From contig CBDFJG010000002.1 in NCBI GenBank assembly GCA_965248445.1, positions 32,001 through 96,000 on the forward strand: a stretch of 64,000 nucleotides of DNA, given 5' to 3'. The notes beneath the pieces are model-generated. The model saw only the letters and a list, made by a program, of their open reading frames with translations. It did not search any database and was not told the DNA's origin. The first letter of the stretch is position 1. Every line of letters starts with the position of its first letter. Shown piece after piece: positions 9,453 to 19,223 of the stretch. The stretch is from Planctomycetota bacterium (GTDB lineage: Bacteria; Planctomycetota; JAJSAM01; JAJVHW01). The translations under genes and the position numbers were made by a program.

Positions 9453-9791
9453 TCAGCCGCCGCAGCCCTTATCGCCACAGGCCTTGTCGCCGCCGCAGGA
9501 CTTCTCGTCGCCGTCCTTGTCGTCGGCACCGTCCTTGTGGTCGTCGCCGTCGGTGTCGCCGGCGTCACCTGCGCCGTCCTTGTCGCCGCCGCAGCCCTTG
9601 TCGCCGCCGCATTCGGTGCAGCCAAGGACCGCATGCATTTCGCACGACGTCTCGCCCGCGTTGTCACCGCTGCCCGCGGCGTCACCGTCGGTAGTGACCT
9701 CGGCAGTGCAACCTGCGAGCGCGAGCCCGCCGGCGACGAGCGCGGCCAGCGTGGCCGTGCGGAGCGTCTCGAAGATCTTGTCTCTCTGCAT
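9453..9791 (-). CDS. Small Cys-rich acidic lipoprotein with (D/E)KxCG repeats
   Basis: Lipobox 'LALAGC', 8 Cys, C-terminus 'EKSCGGDKACGDKGCGG'; AGGAGA RBS upstream. Confidence 0.8.
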   Translation of the reverse strand: MQRDKIFETLRTATLAALVAGGLALAGCTAEVTTDGDAAGSGDNAGETSCEMHAVLGCTECGGDKGCGGDKDGAGDAGDTDGDDHKDGADDKDGDEKSCGGDKACGDKGCGG

Positions 9792-9977
9792 CACTGTCTC
9801 CTGCCGCCCTCGCGGCCCAATGTTCGTGATCGCCCAATGTTCGCGATCGGTCGTGGTCGGGAGCCCCGCCGGCTCCCGCCGCGGACCCGTCGGAACCCGG
9901 GTCTACGCGCTGAACAGTCTGCCAGCACCGGGCATTCCGGGGGCAGGAGAGATCCCCGGGGCCGCCGGAGACCGCCC

Positions 9978-12475
9978 TCAATCCGGACGCCACCACCTGG
10001 CCGGGATGTCGCGGTGGTCGTCGAGGCCGGCTGGGGTCCAGAACACGCGCAGCACGGCACTTCCCTGGCCGTGGAAGTGGTAGATGTCGATCACGTGCTC
10101 GCCGGGCGCGAAGTCGATCCAGGCGCTCTCCTCGTGCTGCGGACGCAGGGGCGGCTGGCTTCGCCGGTCCCGGCCGTCCACGCGCATGAGGAACCCGCCC
10201 TCGGCCTGAATCAGGAAGCCGATCCGGCGCGCCACCGGCATGTTGATCCTGGCCCGCAGGTGAAGCGCGGTGTTGCGGTGCGGGAACGGGAGGTTCCAGT
10301 GCGTCTTCTTCGTGCGGTCGAGGCTTGTCTCGACGCGTGTCAGGTTGATGGCTCGATTCGTCAGTGCATCCGGCGTTGCATTCGCGATCAGCTCGGTCTC
10401 ATTCGAAAACACGTAGTACTTCGCGGTGAACCCCATCGGCGTGGTCCGCTCGAAGCGCACCGCATTGCTGCTCAGCACACCGACGTCGACGCGCAACTTT
10501 CCGGTGTCCGCGCCGTCCGGGACCTTCACGGTGAGTGAGTTGCCATCGACGCGCTGTGGCCGCACCCACACGTCCCCGGGGAAGCGCACACGGACGAGAC
10601 CGATCTCCCCGCCGAGCGCGATGCCCTTGATCGTGATCGTCTCTCCCACCTCGCCGGACAGCCGCTTCTTCGCCAGCCGCGGCGCCGGGCGGCCTGCAAC
10701 GTCCTCGGGGGGGAACAGGAAGCCGCGCGGAATCACCTGCCGTTGCAGGTCGCCCGGCCGTTGCCAAAACAACCGCAACCGCGCGACTCCGCGATTCTCG
10801 AAGAAGTGAATCGCGATCGGATGGAAGCCCTTCGTCAACTGGGCATCGCCCTGCCGTTCGCGGTACGAGTGCAGCCCGGGGTCGTCGATGAACGTCTCGC
10901 CGTCGAGTTCCACGCGCGTCCCGTCGTCACTGCCGAGAGTGATGGTGTAAGTGTCGTCCGCCGGCACGTACAGGTAGCCCGTCATCCGCGCAGCGAACAC
11001 GTCCGGCTCATACGGCAGGTTCCACAGGCCGTCCTGGTGGTAGTCGAGCGGACCGTCGAGGCGCACGAAGTAGGGCGTATGCTCCGTCAGGTCCGGGTGC
11101 TGAGTCAGGTTGCTACCGATCAGGAAGTACTCGGCGTAGAGACCCTGCAGATTCTCGATCTCGAAGCGTCGCGGGAGGCTGGAGAGCGGTCCGACCTGCA
11201 CGAGCACGTCCCCGGCCTCCGCACCAAGCGGCACGACCACGCGGAGCGTCTCGGCAGTCGCCTCGAGGACCTCGGCCGGCACACCGTTGAACGTGACGTG
11301 ATCGAACAACGCCTCCGACGAGAACCCCAGCCCGGTCAGCACGACCTCGTCCCCCACTCGCGCTGATGACGGTTCGACCGACGTGACGTGCGGCCGGAGG
11401 ACGTCGGCCACGTCCTGCGGCGGCGCCAGAGCGGACGACGGCACGATTCGCCGTTCGAACGACGGACCATCCCAATAGAGGCGGCACAACGCGAACGTCA
11501 GGTTCTCGAAGAAGACGATCTCGATCGGATGCCGCCCGGCGGTCAGCTGGATCTCGCCGTGCGACTCCGCATGCGCGCGCAGGCTGGCATGTTCGAGAAC
11601 GACTTCCTCGCCGACCTTCAGCCGCACGCCGTCGTCCGAGCCGATCGTGAACACGTACTTCCCCGCTTCCGGTGCTGTCAGGAAGCCCCGCCACAGCGCG
11701 GCGAACGTCTCGGGATAGAACGGCAGGCGGAACTCCTCGTCGCGCGAGAAGTCCACGGTCAGGTCAATGCGCGTGAAGGTCGGAGGGATCGTCGCGAGGT
11801 CGGGGATGTTGCGGAGCTGCCCGTCCAGGAAGTCGTAGTAGTCGCCGCGCAAGCCCTGCCGTGCAACGACGGCCGCTTCCTCCTCCCGCGCCAGCTGCCG
11901 TTCGCGGTCCGTGCGGTTGCGGCGTTCCGGCCGGCGCCGTGCATCGAGATTCGGGCGGCCGGCGCCGACCCGCACAAGGGGTGGTGATGCCACGACCGGC
12001 TTCACGTCCGTGCCGCTGTTGCGGGCCTCCACGACTCCATCCCACGCGGGCGGACGGACCGCGGGCCTGCGCGGCGGCGGGCGCGGCGCGACGACGGGCG
12101 GGCGAGCCGGCGGCACGGGCCCCCACCCGGCAGTGCGTTCGTCGTCGGTCGCCTCCCGCCACCCCCACGGTCGCGCACGAAGACGCGTCCGTCCGGGGTG
12201 ACCAGCCGGCGGCGGCCGTCCCGCTTCGTCCCCGGCGGGAACGGGGTCCCGTCGCTCATCGCGAGAGGCGCCCCGTTTTCGTCGAGCAGAACCTCGGCTG
12301 CCTCCGCCAGGTTCACGTCGTCGAGGACATCTTCACCATTCACGGCCTCGACTGCGTTCGGAGACGGCTCGTCAGTCGTTCCTGTGTCGCGCAGCGCGAG
12401 CCAACCGGCGGCGACCAGGAACCCGCCGACGAGACCCAGCGCGAGAAGGAGCGGCAACAGCTTGCGGAGTGCCAC
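9978..12475 (-). CDS. Membrane-anchored protein with about three PA14 and two IPT/TIG domains; apparent 1-bp frameshift near 12120
   Basis: PA14 motifs 'GLRGDYY...GSDDGVRL...HPIEIVFFE' repeat; 'VTSVEPSSARVGDEVVLTG' is IPT-like. The N-terminal anchor (ORF 12002-12475) is in a different frame from the body (9978-12116). Confidence 0.75.
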
Positions 12476-12517
12476 GGCGTCCCCACGTTACTGCACCGCG
12501 GGTGATAGGCTTCGCCG

Positions 12518-13192
12518 GTGACCGACGGACGACCTGCCGCCGACCCGTCGCCGCAGAGCGGTTTCTGGCGCACGCTAGGGCGCATCCTGATCGTGCTCCT
12601 CCTGCTCGGTGCGGCGGTCCTGGGTGGAGCCCTCGTGACAGCGGGATGGGGCATCTTCCGCGGACTCACGTCGAACGAGGACCGCACGGTGCATCGCCCG
12701 CGCGCGAGCGTCGTGCTCGCGGTGCGCGAGCTGTCCCGGCTCGAGACCGTCACGTTCCACATGGAGCGGGTGGTCGACATCGAGGACGAGCAGACGTTCC
12801 TCGGGGGGCGTCTGAAGGCCAGCGACGCGCTTCTGCTCGTGGCCGCGGCCGACATCACCGCCGGCATCGACCTGGCTCAGCTGAGCGACGACGACGTCCA
12901 GGCGGACCCGGAGACCGGCAAGGTGACGATCACCCTGCCGCCGCCCGAGGTGCTCTCGACCCGCATCGACAACGACCGCACATACGTCTACAGCCGCGAG
13001 ACCGACGTCCTGGCCCGCCGCAAGGAGGACCTCGAGTCCCGCGCCCGCGCCGAAGCCGAGCGCCGGCTGCGTGAAGCCGCGACGGAGGCCGGAATCCTCG
13101 GACGCGCGCAGGAAGGCGCGCGGCGCACGATCGAGACGCTCCTATCCGGGCTCGGGTATGAGCACGTCGACGTGCGGTTCCGCCCGCGCTGA
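12518..13192 (+). CDS. DUF4230-like domain protein
   Basis: N-terminal TM; 'VRELSRLET', 'ITAGIDL', 'VTITLPPPEVL', 'GILGRAQEGARRTI'. Confidence 0.75.
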   Translation: MTDGRPAADPSPQSGFWRTLGRILIVLLLLGAAVLGGALVTAGWGIFRGLTSNEDRTVHRPRASVVLAVRELSRLETVTFHMERVVDIEDEQTFLGGRLKASDALLLVAAADITAGIDLAQLSDDDVQADPETGKVTITLPPPEVLSTRIDNDRTYVYSRETDVLARRKEDLESRARAEAERRLREAATEAGILGRAQEGARRTIETLLSGLGYEHVDVRFRPR

Positions 13193-13242
13193 CGAACCTC
13201 TCGGCGCTCCGGCTGACTGTTCGTATTCTCCGCCGCGTGACG

Positions 13243-13929
13243 ATGAGCGCCACACTACGGACCCCGCTGCTCGTGCCCATGCATCTCACACTCCTCGCAG
13301 CGTGCGCGTCCACGCCGACGGAGGACCTCGACGCTCGCGCGCGGAACGACCACGCCCTTCGCAACGGTGTGCCCTCGGCGCTGGTCGTGATCGTCGAGAA
13401 CGGCAAGCTGTACGAGGCCGAAGACCTCGACGCGGCATACGCGACGATCATCGAGGATCGGCATCGCTACGTGTTCAGCCCGGGCGAAGAGGGCGACCGC
13501 GGCTTCACGCTCGCCTACCTCCCCGCCGGGGGCATCGTGGCGGGCGATGCGTTCGCAGAGTCTCTCGGGCTCGACGTGCGCGAGGACGCGAGCGGCCGCA
13601 TCACACTTGCGCGCGGCGACATGACGGTCGCGACCAACGCCGACCGCACGATCGCCGTGACGCTCTCGGCGCCGAGTGGCGCGCGGAGCGAATTGGTCCG
13701 CGTGTCCATCGATCCGCGGGCGCGCGGATCGCTTCTCATGCCGAGCGGCGTGGCGCTGCGTCTGCTCGCACCGCTCACCTCGATTCCCGGGACGACTCAC
13801 GTGGAGGTCGCGCTCGGTCGTCCGTTCGCGGCGCACCGCGCGCGCCTGCGGGTGGAGCTACCGGAGTTGGACGCCGAGGCGTACGTCGAGATCGCGTATC
13901 TCGCACCGGCGCCGGAGACCGGCAGGTGA
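13243..13929 (+). CDS. Hypothetical lipoprotein
   Basis: Lipobox-like 'LLAAC'; stop overlaps the next start (GTGA). Confidence 0.6.
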   Translation: MSATLRTPLLVPMHLTLLAACASTPTEDLDARARNDHALRNGVPSALVVIVENGKLYEAEDLDAAYATIIEDRHRYVFSPGEEGDRGFTLAYLPAGGIVAGDAFAESLGLDVREDASGRITLARGDMTVATNADRTIAVTLSAPSGARSELVRVSIDPRARGSLLMPSGVALRLLAPLTSIPGTTHVEVALGRPFAAHRARLRVELPELDAEAYVEIAYLAPAPETGR

Positions 13930-14480
13930 GCCGCCGTAAGCCGACAGAGAGCGCGCTGCTCGTGCCCGTACCGGGCGCCGAGCCCCTCGTAGAGGGCTGG
14001 CGTTCGCTCTACGACCCGTCGGCCACCTGGGGCGTGCCGGCACACGTGACTCTCCTGTATCCGTTCACGCCGCCCGATCAGATTGACGACGCGCTCCTCG
14101 TGTCGCTCAGCGAGATGTTCTCCGATGTGGATGCGTTCGACGTCACGTACGCGAGCGTCGCGCACTTCCCCGGAGTGCTGTACCTCGCACCGACGCCGGA
14201 CACTCCGTTCCGTCAGCTCACGTCGCGCATCTTCGAGGCATTCCCCGAGCACCCGCCCTACGGCGGCGCGTACGACGACGTGGTCCCGCATCTGACGGTG
14301 GTGGATGTGCGGGAGCGGCTCGACCTTGCGCTCATGAAGCGTGCGCACGACGAGCTCTCGCGGAGCGTCCCGGTGTCCTGCCGCGCCGCGGAGGCCTGGC
14401 TGATGGTCGGCGACCGCCGCCGCTGGAAGGTCCACACCAAGTTCCAGCTGCGCAACGGTCTCGACGTCCAGCCCGGTTAG
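13926..14480 (+). CDS. 2'-5' RNA ligase-like 2H phosphoesterase
   Basis: Two HxT motifs: 'PAHVTLLYPF' and 'VPHLTV'. Confidence 0.85.
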   Translation: MSRRKPTESALLVPVPGAEPLVEGWRSLYDPSATWGVPAHVTLLYPFTPPDQIDDALLVSLSEMFSDVDAFDVTYASVAHFPGVLYLAPTPDTPFRQLTSRIFEAFPEHPPYGGAYDDVVPHLTVVDVRERLDLALMKRAHDELSRSVPVSCRAAEAWLMVGDRRRWKVHTKFQLRNGLDVQPG

Positions 14481-14558
14481 CGCGGGCCTGCCGCCGCGGA
14501 GACCTGGCGCCCAGATCACGGCGCACCAGATACCCCGAACACCAGATACCCTTTGTCG

Positions 14559-15026
14559 ATGCGGCTCTACCTGGTGCGCCACTGCGACGCGGTCCACCCG
14601 CTCGAGGACTCCGAGCGCCCCCTCTCCGACCGCGGGGAGGACCAGGCGCGGAGTCTGGCCGCGTGGCTCCCCCGGGCGGTGGGCACGGTTCGCGAGATCC
14701 GGCACAGCGGCGTGCTGCGGGCCAAGCAGACGGCTGAGCTCCTGGCGGAGTCGGCGCAGCCGGAGAACGGAGTGCGTGCGGTCGAGGGCCTCCGGCCAGG
14801 CGACTCCCCCATCGCGGCGGCCGACGGGCTGCGATACGAGACGGACTCCGTGATGGCCGTCACCCACCTGCCACTCGTCAGCTTCGTGACGTCCCTCCTG
14901 CTGACCGGCCGTGCCGACCTCGAGCCGGTGGTCTTCCACACGGGCTCGATCGCCTACCTGCACGGCGAGGGGGCCACGTTCGCCCTCGATTGGCTGGTCC
15001 ACGCCGACCTGCTGCCCAGCCTGTGA
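14559..15026 (+). CDS. sixA: Phosphohistidine phosphatase SixA
   Basis: 'LYLVRH', 'RPLSDRG', 'HSGVLRAKQTAE', 'VTHLP'. Confidence 0.85.
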   Translation: MRLYLVRHCDAVHPLEDSERPLSDRGEDQARSLAAWLPRAVGTVREIRHSGVLRAKQTAELLAESAQPENGVRAVEGLRPGDSPIAAADGLRYETDSVMAVTHLPLVSFVTSLLLTGRADLEPVVFHTGSIAYLHGEGATFALDWLVHADLLPSL

Positions 15027-15043
15027 TCCGGCCCAATTGAGCG

Positions 15044-15070
15044 TGAACGCCCGCCCGGCTCGTGCGTCCA
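15044..15070 (+). promoter_or_regulatory. Candidate ECF-type promoter, possibly giving a leaderless sigma-factor mRNA
   Basis: TGAAC (15044-48), 16-nt spacer, CGTCCA (15065-70); ATG follows after 7 nt with no RBS. Confidence 0.5.
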
Positions 15071-15077
15071 ATTCAGC

Positions 15078-15641
15078 ATGAGGATCGTGGACGAGCAGAC
15101 CGGGGGCGGCGACGAGGCCGCGCTGCTGGCGCTCGCCCGGGCCGGAGACCGCGCGGCCCTCGGCACGCTGTTCGAGCGCGAGGTGCCGCGCGTCGTCCGG
15201 GCACTCCTCCTCCGCACCCTCGGTCCGCGCGTGGCGCTCGACGACCTCGTCCAGGATGTGCGCGTCAAGGCTGTACGGGGGATCGAGGGGTTCCGTGGCG
15301 ACGCGTCGTTCGGGACCTGGCTGCACCGGATCACGATGAACGTCGCGATCTCGACTCTCAGACGGATGCGGCGCACCGACGCCCTCCCGGACGAGATCAC
15401 GTCGAAGGGACCTGGACCCGCGCTGCAGGCCGAACGCACCGAGCTGCGCGAGCGGCTGGCTGCCGCGGTCGAGCGGCTGCCACCGCTGATGGAGGAGGCA
15501 TTCCAACTCAAGTACCAGGAGGGATTCGACGCCGTCACGATCGCCGAGCGTCTGGGCGTACCCGCCGCCACCGTCCGCACCCGCCTGTTCCACGCACGCA
15601 GGCGACTCAGGGAGGCACTCGATGACCTCGTGTCCGGGTGA
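15078..15641 (+). CDS. ECF RNA polymerase sigma factor
   Basis: Sigma2 'DDLVQDV...FRGDASFGTWLHRI'; sigma4 'IAERLGVPAATVRTRLFHAR'. Confidence 0.92.
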   Translation: MRIVDEQTGGGDEAALLALARAGDRAALGTLFEREVPRVVRALLLRTLGPRVALDDLVQDVRVKAVRGIEGFRGDASFGTWLHRITMNVAISTLRRMRRTDALPDEITSKGPGPALQAERTELRERLAAAVERLPPLMEEAFQLKYQEGFDAVTIAERLGVPAATVRTRLFHARRRLREALDDLVSG

Positions 15642-16236
15642 GTCCCGCCTGATCCGTCTGATCGACGGCGACCTCACGTCGTCGGAGGAAGCGGTGGCCG
15701 TCGATCACCTCGCCGCGTGCGACGAGTGCCGGGCGCTGCTCGGACGAAGCGAGGCGGCACTGCGGTACGCGCTGGGCGGGATCGCCGACGCAGAGCGCGC
15801 ACCTGCATCTGCAGCCGCGGCCCCGGCACCGCGCCGTCCTGCGCGCTTCCGCGTCGCGGCGCTCGCGGCCGCGATGCTGGCGTCCGCGACCGTCGCGGGC
15901 GTGACCTGGAAGACCGTGCAGCACGCACGGCGCCCTGCGCGCGCAGTGCCGACCATCTGCGTGCTCCCAGCAGTGACTCCCGAGATGATGCGGGAGGTCC
16001 GGCTCGACGCGCTGATACAGCAAGCCGAGAGCCTGACCGTGCGCGAGACGTCCCGGCTCTCGGAGGAGCGCGATCTGCTCGCTCTCGGCGCACTGGCAGC
16101 AGCCGAGACGCGCGGCGACGTGCTCGGCGCCGCACCGGAGCGTGCCGGACTGCGCAACGTCGTCGCGATGTACCCGGGCACTTCGGCGGCCCGGGTGGCC
16201 GCGGCGCGGCTCGCAGAGGGCGCGGAACCGCGATGA
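15622..16236 (+). CDS. Zinc-finger (HxxxCxxC) anti-sigma factor with TM helix
   Basis: 'HLAACDECR', TM 'VAALAAAMLASATVAGVTW'; overlaps the ECF gene. Confidence 0.8.
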   Translation: MTSCPGESRLIRLIDGDLTSSEEAVAVDHLAACDECRALLGRSEAALRYALGGIADAERAPASAAAAPAPRRPARFRVAALAAAMLASATVAGVTWKTVQHARRPARAVPTICVLPAVTPEMMREVRLDALIQQAESLTVRETSRLSEERDLLALGALAAAETRGDVLGAAPERAGLRNVVAMYPGTSAARVAAARLAEGAEPR

Positions 16237-17270
16237 GGGTGCTCCTCGTCGCCGTCCTCGCGAGCGCGCTGGCCGCACCGGCCCTGGCCGCCACCGGCTG
16301 GACGTCCGTGGATCTGGTCTACGCGTCCGACGACCCGGCCAGCGCGGCGAAGATCGACCGCGACATCGGCCACCGCATCGACCGCATCTGGAGGACGATG
16401 GACGCGGGCTCGCGCTGGAGCGTGGCGCAGGCCGGCCCGTTCGGGCTGGTCAAGGACGGCGCCACGATCGAGCACAGCCCGAAGGGCTCCGGCCGCATCC
16501 TCATCGAAGTGAGCGTCACACCGCGCGCGGCGGTGCCGTCCGAGACGGTTTCCTCTGACGCGCTGATGCAGAGACTGGTCGATCTGCTGCGCAGCGATGT
16601 CGAGGGAACGCTCGCGTCACTCCATCAGTCCGCCGTCGCCGAGAGGCGCGCCGAGCTGCGCGAGGCGCAGTCCGCCACGAAGGCCGCCGCGCAGCAGGTC
16701 CACCGGCACGTCGCCCAGTGGGGCGACTTGGAGACGGAGCGGGACGTCGCGACGTCGCGCCTGCGCGAAGCGGCGGCGGATCTTGCGAACACGCGGATCG
16801 AACGCGCGGTGACCTCGCACCGGCTCGACGCGGTGCGCGGCGCCGTCGAACGCGCCGCGAAGGCCGCGGACCTGCGCGAGCAACTCGACGCTCTGGAGAC
16901 GGAGATCGCGAACTCGGACCCCGACCCGGACACGCTTCAGCGTGCAAAGTTGGAGGAGTTGCGCCGGCGTGTTCTCGAAGCAGAGAAACGGTCGCCGCCC
17001 CTCGAGACGGCGCGGCAGCGGGTGTTCGACTTCGAGGTCGAACTGGTCGGCCTGGAGGCGCGAGAGGCGCTCCTCGAGCCGGAGGTCGAGACTCTCCGCG
17101 CACGCACGTCGGAAATCGCCGCTGCGCGCCGAAAGGCGGCCGAGCTGAAGCGTGCAGTCGACTCCGCGCGCGGGCGCGAGGTCGAGCTGGAGTCCGTGGT
17201 TCGCAAGGCGGACAAGGCCTCGCGCGGCACAGGACTCGTGGTCGTCCGTCATTCCACGTCGTCACGATGA
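16233..17270 (+). CDS. Exported coiled-coil hypothetical protein
   Basis: Signal peptide 'MRVLLVAVLASALAAPALA', long E/R/A-rich helical region; ATGA overlap. Confidence 0.65.
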   Translation: MRVLLVAVLASALAAPALAATGWTSVDLVYASDDPASAAKIDRDIGHRIDRIWRTMDAGSRWSVAQAGPFGLVKDGATIEHSPKGSGRILIEVSVTPRAAVPSETVSSDALMQRLVDLLRSDVEGTLASLHQSAVAERRAELREAQSATKAAAQQVHRHVAQWGDLETERDVATSRLREAAADLANTRIERAVTSHRLDAVRGAVERAAKAADLREQLDALETEIANSDPDPDTLQRAKLEELRRRVLEAEKRSPPLETARQRVFDFEVELVGLEAREALLEPEVETLRARTSEIAAARRKAAELKRAVDSARGREVELESVVRKADKASRGTGLVVVRHSTSSR

Positions 17271-17299
17271 AGGCGGCACGAATCGAAAGGGGAAGAGTG

Positions 17300-18007
17300 A
17301 TGAGAAGAACGGTTCTGGTGCTTTCGGGCGCGCTGGCGCTGACAGCGTGCGCATCGACCTCCTATGGGCCGGAAGCAGATTCCGGGATGGCGGCGCGCAG
17401 CGTGGCGGAGGTGCACGGCGACGTGCCCCGCCTGAACTTCGCCAAGCAGAACCAGCTCACGCTTCCGGCGAAGGTGGCGGTCGCAGACGTTCGGGACGGC
17501 ACGCCGGCCGGCCCCGGACCGCGTGTGGCGCAGCTCGTCGCCGTACTCTCCGAAGATGGCGAGACGTACACGGACGTCGTGTCGCTCGCGAGCGCGCTCT
17601 CCGGCAGCACGCCCACCGGCAATCAGCTCGTGGAGAGCCTGCGCGAGCACGCCAGCCGGCACCACGCAGATCTCCTCGTGATCGCCGAGCGCAACGAGCG
17701 CGTCATCGAAGAGACGAACGCGCTCGCATTCCTGAACATCCTGCTCCTGCCGATGCTCTTCGTGCCGACGCAGAGCGACGACCTCGACGTCTCTTTGCAC
17801 GCGACCGTCTACGACGTCCGCAATGGTCTCGCGTACACGACGCTCGACAGTCACAAGAGCGCTCACGTCAGCGCGAGTTCTCTCGCCGAGGACGGTGCCG
17901 TGCGCAACGCGCTGAGCGAGTTGTATGCGCAGTGCACCGAGGACCTCGCGAAGCAGCTGGGCCCCAAGCTCCGCGGCGTCGAGAAGCAGAGCGTCCTCGC
18001 GCGCTGA
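17300..18007 (+). CDS. Lipoprotein (weak resemblance to rhombotarget-lipoprotein-like family)
   Basis: Lipobox 'LALTAC'; internal hydrophobic 'LAFLNILLLPMLFVP' followed by 'VYDVRNG'. Confidence 0.6.
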   Translation: MRRTVLVLSGALALTACASTSYGPEADSGMAARSVAEVHGDVPRLNFAKQNQLTLPAKVAVADVRDGTPAGPGPRVAQLVAVLSEDGETYTDVVSLASALSGSTPTGNQLVESLREHASRHHADLLVIAERNERVIEETNALAFLNILLLPMLFVPTQSDDLDVSLHATVYDVRNGLAYTTLDSHKSAHVSASSLAEDGAVRNALSELYAQCTEDLAKQLGPKLRGVEKQSVLAR

Positions 18008-18036
18008 CCCGCCGCACGTGACAATCCCGGGCGCTC

Positions 18037-19101
18037 ATGCCGGGTGAGAACGTCGTGCTGATCGTGTTCGCCGTGCTGCCCGTCGCGATTGCGGCGGTTC
18101 TGTGGTGGTTCTTCCGAAGGCTGCGCCGTCGCAACGACGGGGCGCGGCCGACCCGGTCCCAGCTCGTGACCGGCAACGCGCTGGTCCTCGTCTTCCTGCT
18201 GACACTCGGTGTGCTCGCCGGTGAGTGCTACTTCCGGTTCATCTTCGACAGCACCGACACGTTCGGACTGTTGCGCACGTCCGACCGCTGGTTCGAGCGC
18301 CACTACCACAGGAACGCTGACGGCTTCCGCGACGACGTCGAGTACCAGCTCGGCGCCGTGCCGGCCGGCCGGCGCCGTGTGACCTTCGTCGGCGACTCGT
18401 TCACCGCGGGTCACGGCGTGCGCGACGTGGCGGACCGGTTCGCTAACCGGGTCCGGGCAGCACAGCCGGACTGGGAGGTCCACGTGTTCGCGCGCAACGG
18501 CTGGGACACGGGGGCGCAGGCCGACTTCCTCGCCGATCGGCTCCCGTCGTACACGCGGGGGCAGTACGAAACCGATCTCGTGGTGCTCGTCTATTGCCTG
18601 AACGACATCGTGGATGTGCTGCCGGAGGTCGGGGAGATCGGCCGGCGCCTCGAGGCGGCGCGGGACAAGGGCTCGCTCGCGCGATCGAGCTACCTCTTCG
18701 ACACGCTGCGGTTCCTGTGGATCCGCCACACCAACGACGACATCGGCGACTACTTCCCGCGGCTCTCCGCCGCATACGAGGGCGAGGCCTGGCGGGCACA
18801 GCAGAAACGCCTCGGCCGGATACGGGGCGCCGTCACGTCGCAGCGGGGCCGGCTGGCCGTGGCCACGTTCCCGATGATGCACCGACTGGGCGACGACTAC
18901 CCGTTCCTCGCGGCTCACGAAACGCTCGACGCGTTCTGGACGGGGCTCGACGTGCCGCACCTCGACCTGCGCGAGTCGTTCGCGGGCCGTCCGGCGTCCG
19001 ACCTGATCGTGGGCACCTTCGACGCACACCCAAACGAGGAGGCGCACGCGCTGGCCGCCGACGCCCTCGTGCCGTTCGTGGAGCGAGCGCTGGCTAGATG
19101 A
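18037..19101 (+). CDS. Membrane-anchored SGNH/GDSL hydrolase
   Basis: Two N-terminal TMs, 'VGDSFTAG', 'YCLND', 'DAHPN'. Confidence 0.85.
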   Translation: MPGENVVLIVFAVLPVAIAAVLWWFFRRLRRRNDGARPTRSQLVTGNALVLVFLLTLGVLAGECYFRFIFDSTDTFGLLRTSDRWFERHYHRNADGFRDDVEYQLGAVPAGRRRVTFVGDSFTAGHGVRDVADRFANRVRAAQPDWEVHVFARNGWDTGAQADFLADRLPSYTRGQYETDLVVLVYCLNDIVDVLPEVGEIGRRLEAARDKGSLARSSYLFDTLRFLWIRHTNDDIGDYFPRLSAAYEGEAWRAQQKRLGRIRGAVTSQRGRLAVATFPMMHRLGDDYPFLAAHETLDAFWTGLDVPHLDLRESFAGRPASDLIVGTFDAHPNEEAHALAADALVPFVERALAR

Positions 19102-19113
19102 ACCCGCCCCCTG

Positions 19114-19211
19114 ACCGGGTCTAACTAGTCAACTTACGAGGCTGACTCCGAATCTGGATGTCGCGGAGCCTCGGCAGAGTTGAGGCTGAAAGTGAAGTAG
19201 TTGGACCCGGT
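19114..19211. repeat. 98-bp element with 14-bp terminal inverted repeats (MITE-like or structured RNA)
   Basis: ACCGGGTCTAACTA (19114-27) vs TAGTTGGACCCGGT (19198-211), 13/14 complementary; two internal hairpins; lower GC than flanks. Confidence 0.5.
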
Positions 19212-19223
19212 GTTGGGGAGGGG

